Shown here: piece by piece, positions 37,901-49,325 of the stretch
How the letters are laid out: every line of letters starts with the position of its first letter
How positions within the stretch are numbered: the first letter of the stretch is position 1
Translations under genes and position numbers: made by a program
Source of the DNA: Malacoraja senta
Taxonomy: Eukaryota
Length of the DNA stretch: 64,000 nt
Direction of reading: 5' to 3'
Assembly (NCBI GenBank): GCA_038087875.1
Contig: CM075992.1
Coordinates: forward strand, 5,520,001-5,584,000
Notes under the pieces: generated by a model
The model's input: only the letters and a program-made list of their open reading frames with translations
Told to the model about the DNA's origin: nothing
Database searches by the model: none

Positions 37901-40228
37901 TGCACCGACCAGCGATCGATCACCCCATACACTAACACTATCCTACACACGAAGGACAATTTATCATATTTACCGAAGCCAATTAACCTACAAACCCGTA
38001 CGTCTTTGGAGTGTGGGAGGAAACCGGAGCACGCAGGGAAAATGCACGCAGTCAGGGGAAAACGTACAAACTCCGTACAGGCAGCACCCTTAATCAGGAT
38101 CGAAGCCAGGTCTCTGGCGCTGTCAGGCAGCCACCGTGCTGCCATGGATAGCTCTCAATGGTTACATTGAGGCACAAGTGGCCTCTTGTGGACAATGATT
38201 AATATTAAATCAATACTAATATTTGTTCATCAAGTACAGGCAAGTGAAATCTATCCTAGTAATCTCCAGGCCAAAGGCCAAACTAATTCTGACCTCAGAG
38301 AGGCACGGTGCTGGAGTAACTCAGCAGATCAGGGCGTCATCTCTGGGGAACGTGGATAGGTGACATTTCAGGCCAGGACCCTTCTACAAACTCACAAAGT
38401 GTTGGAGTAACTCAGCCTGCAGAAGAGACACGACACAAAACGTCCACCTATCCATGTCCTCCAGAAATGTTGTCTGACCAGCAGAGTTTCTCCGGCAATG
38501 TGTGTCCTGGTATGTTCACTAGCATCTGCAGTTCCTTGCTTCCCCTAATTCTGCCCTTGTTCAGCACATCCTCCTCCCTACAGAAGACTAAGGAGCAATA
38601 AAGACCACGTTCCCCAGGGATAGACACAATAAGCTGGAATAACTCAACAGGTCAGGCTGCTTGCACATCTGGAGAAATGGGAGAGGTGACGTTTAAGTAC
38701 CTATTCTTTTTCTCCAGAGATGCTGCCTGACCAGCTGAGTTACTCCAGCGTTTTGTGTCTATTTTCGGTGTAAACCAGCATCTGCAGTTCCTTCCTACAC
38801 ATCCCCTAGGGACAGGGTCTCCTCCTTCATTGTGCAAGTTCCCCTGCAATGGTGTAATCGAATAGACAGAAATAGATAGGGGGGGAAACTGCAGATGCTG
38901 GTTTAAACCAAAGATAGACACAAAAAGCTGGAGTAACTCAGCGGGTCAAGACAGCATATCTGGAGAAAATGAATAGGTTACGTTTCGGGTCGAGACCCTT
39001 CTTCAGAAATAGGGTCATTTTCTCGAGAAGGGAACCCGGAGCAACAGACGGAATAGGTGGGAATGCGAAAATCAAAATACTACAGATGATAAATCAGCAA
39101 CGTAGCACCTTAAAACTCGGTGCTCCTCGAACAAAAGACCACAACAACAAAAATCCCACGGCTATCGCGCACACAAGGGGAAGCTCACCAAATGGCAAGA
39201 GATTCTCCAAGCAGGAACAGGGTGAGGAAGAAACTGAACATTCTTTCAAAGGGGCAACCAAGTCGCGAAGGGCCGAGCGCCCAGCTCGCAGCAGTGATCC
39301 CAAGAGAATACTAAATGTATCCGGTTCGTCGTATGCATCCAACTCAATAAAAATCTCAGACCCTATCACAACCAACACGAACCCCAATAAATGGCTGGTT
39401 TGCTTTCGGGGGTCGACTAACCGAGTGGGGTGCTCAGTACAATCTCCAATTACCGCCCTCCAAAAAGTTCTAGCTCAAAGCTTTGTAGATTAAATCAAAT
39501 TTTAAAAATGCACAGATACACTAAACAGGATTCTCCAAATTAAAAGCAGACAAACGTTGGAACGAATGGAAACCTAAAGAAAGAAAACACACCGTCGACA
39601 AACCCCCCAAACCATTCAAGTCAGAGCTTTGAATTTTGCCTTCGTTAATGCAGTTCAACAACAAAGGGTTAAAGGGAATTAATTTAATATTTCCAGGAAG
39701 AATGGCTCTACTATTGGGCGGGTTTTATTTCCAATGTTCGTTAAGAATTTAAAACAATACACATCACACACACACACACACAAAAAATGTTCATGAAAAA
39801 ACGGGAGAGGGGAAGCGAGCACAAGGGTCGCAGTGAAGTGTCACGGAGTTGGAAAGCCGAACACTTCGCAGTTTTAAAAGGATGCAATTCTTAAAACCAA
39901 AACAAACAACAACAAAAAACCCTCTGTAATTTGTCCAGAGGGGGCCCGAAATGCCTGCTTCTTCTTACAGCAGATAGATCCACACAAGAGAGGCAGGAAA
40001 GAGAGGAAAGAGGGAGGGGGGGGGGGGGAGAGAGAGAGAATAAAGTTTTGTTGGGACATAAACTGGTCTGGACCATATTAAGTCGACAAGGTGAGAATTA
40101 AAAAAAAGAAAACTTTCTTTTGGGAAATTTCCGAAGCTCGTTGTGCCGAGCTTCAAATGCACCAGGAAACTCGCCAGCAACACAAACTGTGGACATGAGA
40201 TTTCTTGGCGTTTTCAAGCAGTACTCAC

Positions 40229-40252
40229 CCATAGCTCCGATCCCCACTCCAT
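40229..40252 (-). CDS. TRIP10: TRIP10/CIP4-like coding exon 1 (MEWGSELW)
   Basis: ATG in good context (ATTATGG), 24-nt coding exon, TGG|GTGAGT donor. Matches the M(D/S)WGTELW first exon of the CIP4/FBP17/TOCA-1 family; an acidic residue 2 is TRIP10-like. Confidence 0.85.
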
Positions 40253-40600
40253 AATGTTGCAACTTTCTGTAATCCGGGTTCGGGTACAGACCAGCACTGG
40301 CTCTTTGGTTTCCTGATTTTTCTCTCCTACCTTCTACCTTCTGCCTTCTTTGTTAATTTTTCTCTCTCTCTCTTTCTCTGGGGAAAGAAATATTGATGGT
40401 GGGAACTCCTCAGATGAATGAAGTTGCTAAGATTCCCCAAGCTGTAAACATTACCCCAGCCCTGGCTAATTTCACTTCTGCCAATTTCCCTGCGCTGCGC
40501 AGCCTCGCGTCATCGACGCCAAATCCACCTTCAAGGCTCAACTGCGCCTCCGCTGTTGACGGGAGGAACAGCGAGCGCTGCTGCCCTCCGCTCTAAATGT
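40253..40600 (-). promoter_or_regulatory. Probable 5'UTR and promoter of the TRIP10-like gene
   Basis: Repeat-free, CpG-containing stretch (e.g. GCCTCGCGTCATCGACGCC near 40500) immediately upstream of exon 1. TSS not defined. Confidence 0.45.
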
Positions 40601-41328
40601 GTCTGCAATGCAGCACTGGGCTATTGTCTGAAAGCAGATGCTTGGAATCAGGAATAAAGGCAGGAAATGCTGGAAATACTCAGCGGGTCACGCAGCTTCA
40701 GGTCCCGATGGGAGGTCACCGACTTGGAACATTAACCCATGATTTGCTTTCTCAACGATTGTTGCCTGATGTATTGAGACTTTTTACAATATTCAATACA
40801 GTATTTATTCATTGTCATTTGAACCTCAAATGAGGCTCAAACGAGACTCTGTTTCTACAGCCATACAAACAGAAACAATTTCTACAAGACACACGAACAA
40901 TTCAATTCACACAAACATCCATCACAGTGAATCTCCTCCTCACTGTGATGGAAGGTAAAGTCTTTTCTCTCCCCTGTCTTCCATTTTTTCTCCCGATGTT
41001 AAAGGCCCAGGCGGGCGATGGTAAGTTCCACGGCCGTTAAGGCCGCGCCGGGCGATGTACGGCCCCGTTCCAGGTCTTAATGTCTCAATGTTGGAGTTGG
41101 TCTTTGTGGAGAATATTTGCACGTATAGGTGTGCACAGTTGACTGGGCATCACTAATAAAGCTTACATGCATTGTAAAACGACAAAGTGCTGGAGGAACT
41201 CAGTAATTCGGGCAACATGTGTGAGGCAAATGGACAGACAATGTTTCAGAAAAGGACACAAAGTGCTGGAGTAACTCAGCATCTCTGGAGAAGGTGGCGT
41301 TACGGGTTGGGACCCTTAGAGTCATAGA

Positions 41329-41890
41329 TTAATACAGTGTGGAAACAGGCCCTTCAGCCCAACTCACCCACACCGGCCAACAATGTCCCAGCTTGCCTGC
41401 GCTTGGTCCACAACCCTCCAAACCTGTCCTATCCATGTACCTGTCCAACTGTTTCTTAAACGATGGGATAGTTCCAGTCTCAACTATCTGCTCTGGCAGC
41501 TTGTTCCATACACCCACCACCCTCTGTGTGAAAAAGTTACCTCTCGGATTCCTATTAAATCTTTCCCCCTTCACCTTGAACCTATGTCCTCTGGTCCTCA
41601 ATTTCCCTACTCTGGGCAAGAGACTCTGTGCATCTACCCGATCTATTCCTCTCATGATTTTGTATACCTCTATAAGATCTCCCCTCATCCTCCTACGCTC
41701 CATGGAATAGAGACCAAGCCTACTCAACCTCTCCTTATAGGTCACACCCTCTTGTCCTAGCAACATCCTCGTAAATATTTTCTGTACCCTTTCAAGCTTA
41801 ACAATATCTTCCCTATAACATGGTGCCCAGAACTGAACACAATATTCTAAATGCGGTCTCACCAACGTCTTATGCAACTGCAACATGCCC
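41329..41890 (-). mobile_element. CR1-clade LINE 3' fragment (ORF2 C-terminus)
   Basis: ORF ...LVRPHLEYCVQFWAP...LERVQ...RRRMRGDLIEVYKI...TRGH...FFTQRVVGVWNKLP, the canonical CR1 C-terminus. Confidence 0.92.
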
Positions 41891-42168
41891 TCCCGACTTC
41901 AGACCCAGGACGTCACTTGTCATATGGAGGAATGTACCTCCAGATTCACGAACAGTTTCTTCCCCGCTGTTATCAGGCAACTGACCATCCTCTCACCAAC
42001 TAGAGAGGGGTCCAGACCTACCATCTACCTCCTTGGAGGACCCTCAGACTGTCTTTAATCGGACTTTACTGGACTTTATCTTGCAATAAACATTATTCCC
42101 TTTATCCTGTATCTGTACACTGTGGACGGCTTGATTGTAATCATGTATAGTCTTTCCGCTGACTGGAT

Positions 42169-42886
42169 TGTATTGTATATCTTTATTGTCATTTCCTGAG
42201 TATTCGCATACCCAGAGGAAACAAAAAAACGTTCCTCAACCAGTGTCCATTTCAGTGTGCAGTAAAAAATAAATAGAAGTAAAAATACATATATCATGAA
42301 CAAATTAACACTCTACTCTACTAAACATCAACAGGCGTTCCGATCGGCAGCGGCACGACAGTGGCTCTGCTGCAGTGTGTCCAGGTTGGTGGTTGGTGCA
42401 CGATACTTTGGCAGGGGGCAAAGTCCGTTTATCAGTCTTATAACCTGCGGGAAGAAGTTGAGGAGCATCCTGCTGGTTTTGCACCTAATGCTCCGGTACC
42501 TCTTCCCAGATGGCAGGATGGAGAATATGTGGATGCGATGGGTGGTTGGGGTCTTTGATGATGGAGATGGCTCTGCTGATACATCTCTTCCTGTATATGT
42601 CCAGCAGGAAAGGGAGTGGAGCACCAATAATCCTGCTGGCGGTCTTCACAATCCTGTCTAGTTGGTGCCGTTCGTACGCCTTGCAGCTCCCGAACCAGGA
42701 AGTGATGCCGTAGGTTAATGTGCTCTCGATTGTCCCCCTATAAAAAGTTCGTAGGTGTGTAGTGGGGAGACCTGCTTTACGTAGTCTTCGGAGAGGGTGT
42801 AGTCGCTGCTGGGCTCTCTTGACCAGTGCTGTGGTGTTGGTCGTGGACGTCAGGTCATCTGACAGGTGGAGTCCTAGGAACTTCAC
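42169..42886 (-). mobile_element. Rex1/Babar-clade LINE 3' fragment
   Basis: ORF KFLGLHLSDDLT...KRAQQRLHPLRRLRK...FYRGTIESTLTYGITSWFG...VKTASRIIG, then LPSGKRYRS and a (TACAA)n tail. Confidence 0.88.
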
Positions 42887-43200
42887 GGATAGCATGCAAC
42901 AAAAAAGCTTTTCACTGTACCTCAGTACACGTGATAGTAAATTAAACTAAAAATTGCCCCTCGAGTGTTGGGAGTGAGTGTGGAAGAGGGATGATGCGGA
43001 ACTAGCGTGAATGGGTGATCAATGATCAGCGTGGTCTTGGTGGGCTGAAGAGTCTTTTCCATGCTGTGTCTTTCAATCGCTGAATCAAAAACCTATCAAC
43101 CTGCACATAAATATATATACACACACACACATGCATAAAAACAAGCAAACAAACAAACAATAATAGTGCAAAAACGATAAAACCAATTTCCTCCAAGTCT

Positions 43201-43240
43201 ATGGGTCTGAAGAAGGGTCTCAACCCGAAACGTCACCTAT
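43201..43240 (+). ncRNA. Minimal type-I hammerhead ribozyme motif in a Penelope-derived repeat (representative of many copies)
   Basis: ATGGGT-CTGAAGA-A-GGGT(CTCA)ACCC-GAAA-CGTC-ACCTAT: CUGANGA and GAAA core boxes, stem II, GUC cleavage triplet, and ATGGGT/ACCTAT helix I with one G.U pair. Confidence 0.65.
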
Positions 43241-43323
43241 TCCTTTTCTCCAAAGATGGTGCCTGACCCACTGAGTATAAATATATATATATACATACAC
43301 ACACAAACGTATAAAAGCAAACA

Positions 43324-43326
<3 letters not shown>

Positions 43327-43410
<84 letters not shown>
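43327..43410. repeat. (GT)n microsatellite
   Basis: About 42 uninterrupted TG units. Confidence 0.97.
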
Positions 43411-43414
<4 letters not shown>

Positions 43415-46354
43415 TGTTTATATATATCTATGTTTACATATTCTGTTGTGCTGCTGCAAGTAAGAATTTCATTATTTCATTGTTCTGTTTGGGACATATG
43501 ACAATAAAACACTCTTGACTACCAGGCCTCCCGTGGGGGCTATGGGTGAGTGGTGCAATATTGCATGGGGGACCAGGCCCCCCGTGTGACAGGGACCCGA
43601 CGGGTCCCACTTGGTCTATTTACACCTAAAATTTTGCATGACAATAGAAAAAAAGACTGTGCACAAAGTCATGACAATAATACAAATCTCCCGACGTTTA
43701 AGTCTAAATCATTACTATACATTATGATACCATGTGAATTCCTTCAATTTAACAAAACCGTGGTCATGATCTTTACCATCTGTAAACTCCATGGGGACCC
43801 GTGTGGAAGTCAGCTGGGTTAGAAGATTTAAACTTAAAGGCATAACTTTAACGTGATAGGGGTAAAGTTTAAAGGAGATGTGCGGGGCAAGTTTTTTTAA
43901 CATAGAGAGTAGTGGATGCCTGGAACACGTCGCCAGGGATGGTGGTGGAAGCAGATACGACAGTGGTGTTTAAGAGGCATTTGCGGAGGCGCATGGATAT
44001 GCGAGGAATGGAGGGATATGGATCACATGCTGGCAGATGAGGTCAGTTTATCTTGGCATCATGTTCGGCACAGACATTGTGGGCCATAGGGGCCCGTTTC
44101 TGCATGGTACTGTTCTATATTGTAATTCTAAAGATCCACTACCCATTAGATTAAGACATTTCCTCTTTTCCCAGTACTGAATAGCCAACCCGTCAAGAGA
44201 GAGCTAGATAGGGCTCTTAAAGATAGCGGAGTCAGGGGATATGGGGAGAAGGCAGGAACGGGGTACTGATTGGGGATGATCAGCCATGATCACATTGAAT
44301 GGCGGTGCTGGCTCGAAGGGCCGAATGGCCTACTCCTGCATCTATTGTCTATTTATCTCGTGACAGTGACCTCTGGTTTTAGATATCCCAGCCAGGAGAA
44401 ACAGCAATTCTGCATGAGCACTTATCAAGCTCCTTAAAAAAGAGTCGCTGCCTTACAGCGCTAGAGACGCGGGTTCGATCCTGCTATGGGTGCTGTCTGT
44501 ACGGAGTTTGCACGTTCTCCCCGTGACCACGAGGCTTTTCTCAGGGTCTTCCGGTTTCCTTCCACACTCCAAAGGCATACAGGTTTGTAGATTAATTGGC
44601 TTGGTCAAAAATGAATATTGTCCCCAGTGCATGAAGGATAGTGTTAGTGTTTGGGGATCGCTGTTCGGCACGGACTCGATGGGCCAAAGGGTCTGTTTCC
44701 ATGCTGTATCTCTAAACTGAAGTAAAAAGCACGGAAAGAAGCCCTCAGCTTAACTCTTCCATGCAGACCAAGATGACCCATCTAAGGTAATCCCATTTGG
44801 CTGCATTTGGCCCCTATCCCTCTAAAACTTTCCTATCAATGTTCCTGTGCACATGTCTTTTAAACTGTTTCTGTGTTTCTCCTTGGGTAGTGAATCCACA
44901 TCTGTACGCAATATTCCAGCTTGGGCACTGAATAATTGCAGTAAAACCTCTGCTCTTGCACTTAAGTCCTCATAAAAGAAAGGCCAGCATATGTTGGCCT
45001 CCCTAATAGCTTGCTGAACCTGCACATTAACTTTCGTTGATTCATGTACCAGGAAAGGGAGGGGAGAGGAAGGAACATGAATGTCGAAAGTCATGATCCA
45101 AGCAGGTGTAATAAAGAAGAAATGAAGAAGAATCTGCTGTAAGAATGTCATTGTTCCGTTTCGGTAAAAAATGGCAATTAAACACTCTTGATTGTTGATG
45201 GTGGAGTCCTTACAGAGACCAGAGGGGAAGAGGGTGTCATTGAAACAGCTGTTGGAGTCTGCGGACTTGTGTAGGAAGGAACTGCAGATGCTGGTTCAAA
45301 CCGAAGATAGACACAAAAAGCTGGAGTAACTCAGCGGGACAGGCAACATCTCTGGAGAAAAAGATAGATGACGTTTTGGGTCGAGACCCCTCTTTACACT
45401 GGACAGAATGTCTGAAGAAGGGTCTCGACCCGAAACGTCACCCATTCCTTCTCTCCAGCGATGCTGCCTGTCCCGCTGAGTTACTCCAGCTTTTTGTGTC
45501 TATCTTCTGGAGTCTGCGGACTTGTGTGTGTACCTTCATGAAGGCGGCGGTAGCGGACAGAGGAAAGGAATGGTGCCGGTGAGAACGAGTAGGGTCTCAC
45601 CTCCCGCACCCTCGGATGAGCTCTGGGTGCTTTGAGGTTGGCTGTGGGAGGCGCTCTGGGGCACGGAGGCTGGGTGGTGGGAGACGAGGGTCGGTGTGTC
45701 TGGGCCACTCGAGGCCCTGCAGCAGCCTAGAATTGATTGTGGAGGACATCAACAACATTGCCTGGTTAGGCTAACTCCAGCAACTTCAACCCAGTGCTAC
45801 ACTCAGGACAAGGGACTCTTATGGACAAGGTAAGACGCTACATTTTTAACAACTTTGAACTGGACGGGTACAAATAGTGCCTCAGAGTGACAATAGACAA
45901 TAAGTGCAGGAGTAGGCCATTTGGCCCTTCGAGCCAGCACCGCCATTCAATGTGATCATGGCTGATCATCCCCAATCAGTACCCCGTTCCTGCCTTCTCC
46001 CCATATCCCCTGACTCCGCTATTTTTAAGAACCCTATCTAGCTCTCTCTTGAAAGCATCCAGAGAACTTGCCTCCACCGCCCTCTGAGGCAGAGAATTCC
46101 ACAGACTCACCATTCTCGGTGAGAAAAAGTGTTTCCTTGTCTCCATTCTAAATGGCTTACTCCTTATTCTTAAACTGTGGCCCCTGGTTCCGGACTCCCC
46201 CAACATCGGGAACATGTGTGTCCAAACCCGTACCAATCTTATATGTTTCAATGAGATGCCTTCTCATCCTTCTAAACTCCAGAGTGTACAAGCCCAGCTG
46301 CTCCATTGCCTCTGATCTACTATTCTGACTTAAGTATGATTGTGCTTATGGATA

Positions 46355-46638
46355 GGTAGACAAAAGTGCTGGAGAAACTCAGCGGGTGCAGCAGCATCTA
46401 TGGAGCGAAGGAGATAGGCAACGTTTCGGGCCGAAACCCTTCTTGTTGGTGGGATTGGTTGGATGGAAGGTTGTGGGGGGGGGGGGGGGGGGGGCGGGGA
46501 GAAAAAAGGAAAAAGGAGGAGGAGGAGCCCGAGGGCTGAGGGAGAGCTGAGAATGGGAGGAGACAGCAAGGGCTACCGGAAATTGGAGAATTCAATGTTT
46601 ATGCCGCTAGGGTGTAGACTGCCCAAGCGGAATATGAG
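46355..46638 (-). mobile_element. Truncated Penelope-like element (same family; another copy at ~30305-30545)
   Basis: Shares sequence with 11608-11890; 13-bp TSD GTGCTTATGGATA at 46342-46354 and 46639-46651. Confidence 0.8.
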
Positions 46639-49325
46639 GTGCTTATGGATAATACGGTTTTACTGATCTGTACGCAAATTTCACTGCAGTTCAGTTTATT
46701 TTAATTGGGAGATTCAGAGTGGAAACGGGCCCTTCGACCCACCGAATCCACGCCAACCATTAATCGCCCGCACACTAGGTCCAAGTTATCCCATTTTCGC
46801 ATCCAACACACTAGGGATAATTTACAGAAGCCAATTAACCAACAAACCTGCATATCTTTGGGTGGAAATCAGAGCACCTGGAGAAAACCCATGCAGTCGC
46901 AGGGAGAACATGCAAACTCCGAACAGACAGCACCCATAGTCAGGATCGAACCAGGTCTGGTGCTGTAAGCCAGCAGCTCCATTGCCCAGCCACTCCATTG
47001 GTACATGTGGCAATAAAGTTCCACTGAACCTGTCCTCTAAGATGGAGAAAGGGAAAGTAATCCATTGAAAGTGAGAGCTGGGTCATAATCGACAGCAAGA
47101 GTAAAGAAACTTTGGAGTCATGTGCAAAAAGCCGCAGTCAATAATGTACTGGAGAATGAAGTGAGGGAGAAGACACAAGGACACATCCGCCACGCTTAAA
47201 GCAGTATGCAGATATTCAGAGCATTGCAGTTCCCATAACTAGGCAACACCAGATCACCACGACACAGACACAAATATGTATTTTGATTTATCACCAAACT
47301 TACACCTTGACAAATTGTTGGTAACAAAAGCTAGAAATTCAACTCGGCTCGGACAAGACTGTGAACATTAATAGCCAATAATCTGTTTATTTGCACTTTA
47401 TCAGTTTAATTAATCATGTGTGTATATATTTATGCAATGGTATAATGGTCAGTATTCATGCCTACTATGTTCTGTTGTGCTAAAGCAAAGCAAGAATTTC
47501 ATTGTCCTATCACGGACACATGACAATAAAACTCTCTTGAACTCTCTCTGATCCCTTGAAATTAGATGTATTTTTAAAATCTTAGCATTCCACAAAGAAT
47601 GGCTGTATTAATACCGTGTTGGATTGAAGGGCCAAATGGCCTCCTCCCTGCACCTATACTATACGTATGTGCAGGAAGGAACAGCAGATGCTGGGTTAAA
47701 CCATAGACACAGAATGCTGGAGTAACTCATGGGACAGGCAGCATCTCTGAAGAGAAGGAATGGTGACGTTTCGGGTCGAGACCCTTCTTCAGATGGAGAT
47801 AAATATATTTGATTCACGGTGATTGTTTTAACAGAAGATGATCGTTCTTTGGGACTTGGCGCAAAATGGCCATTGATTATAGCAAAGTTTCCACAGTCAC
47901 ATGTACCTCTATGGTCAACATGCAAGGCAGTGGCTGTGAGCAGGATCTCTATACTGCTGTGTCTATAAAAAAAGTTTGATAGCTGAAATAATGAAGGGCT
48001 TGGGTAGAATATCTGAGCAAAATGGGATAAATATTTAACTGATTCCATTGAGAACCGAGGGATTAGATTTAAGGAGATTGATTAAACACCAGTGATGGTA
48101 TGAGGAAATCTTTCCTCAGTGACGGATTACATTTGGAATTTAAAGTGGAATTAGGGTAGAGAAATAGAAGTGTTAAAAAGAGAAATAGTTAAATATTTGA
48201 AAATAAAATTAAAGATTTGCAACAATAGAGGAACGTTAAGAAGACTGGTCCTATAGTGTCTTTGAAAGAAAGTAATGCGATTTAATTAAGTCACAAATTC
48301 TGAAGACATTTTTCAAGGTTGATGCAGGGGTGTGTCGAACAGGGTCAAAGTAAGAAGTAGCTGTTCAGTACTGAGATATGGTCAATATATTCACACTTTA
48401 GAGGGGAGTGAATCTTGGAACATTCAGTCACTGTGCATATACAAGGCAGAAATCAATAGATTATGGGATATTAGAGGCATATAAAGATGTGGTTCGTGCA
48501 AGGAAGTGCATTTAGGTAAAAGAAAAGAACAAGATACAAAGTGTTGAGTAAATGGCCTGTCCCACTGCGGCGACCTAATTGGCGAGTTTAGAAGAGTTTA
48601 GGAGAGTTTGAAAAAGTGTCTTGTTGAAGACCTCCTTCAACTATGTTGAAGACTAGCTTCGACTAGCTTCGGGAAAATTGGACACCGAATAGTGGAGAGT
48701 GAAGGCGACCTCCTCCGATCTCCTTCGACCTCTTTCGACTATGTTGAAGTCTATCTACGACTACCTTCGGTTACCTTCGATTACCTTCGACTACCCTCGA
48801 TTACCTATGAATAACATGCCAACCTACTACGACCTACTTCTACTAAACCTACGAGTAAAAAAAAATATTGATTTTTTCCATGGCACCCTTTTTTTACTCG
48901 CGGGCATTTTTCAGCATGTTGAAAAAAACGCCGCTACCTAGCTGAGCCTTGAGTACGCGGGGACTACTCTCGAGCATGAAGGAGAGTTACAAAGACCTCC
49001 TAGGACGTTGTGTCGACCATGCTGCGAGTATGAGTCGAGGCAAACTCTTCTAAACTCGCCAATTAAGTCGCCGCAGATAGACAGGCTCTTAAGTCGGCGG
49101 GTCGGGGCTGCATTTCTGAAGAACATTAATTAATAAGTGATGTTACAGGTCGGGACCCTTAACGTCACCTATCCATGGTCTCCAGAGATGCTGCCTGACC
49201 CACTGAGTTACTCTGGCACATGAGTCTTCTTTTGTAGCCAGCATCCGCAGTTCCTAGCTTCGAAATAAAAAAATATTATCTTACTGAACAGGTGAGCAGA
49301 TGTGAGGGGCAAATTAACTACACTT

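Noticed and set aside
38969..39493. 174-aa plus-strand ORF
   Set aside because: Starts within a Penelope-derived repeat, lies antisense in intron 1 and has no recognisable homology.
40040..40072. DQF codons as TRIP10 exon 2
   Set aside because: No in-phase AG acceptor and the following residues (MSQQNFIL) do not match HTQWG.
2707..40252. Naming the F-BAR gene FNBP1L on synteny with DR1
   Set aside because: Diagnostic residues in exon 1, HR1 and the SH3 tail fit TRIP10 better; not fully excluded without a phylogeny.
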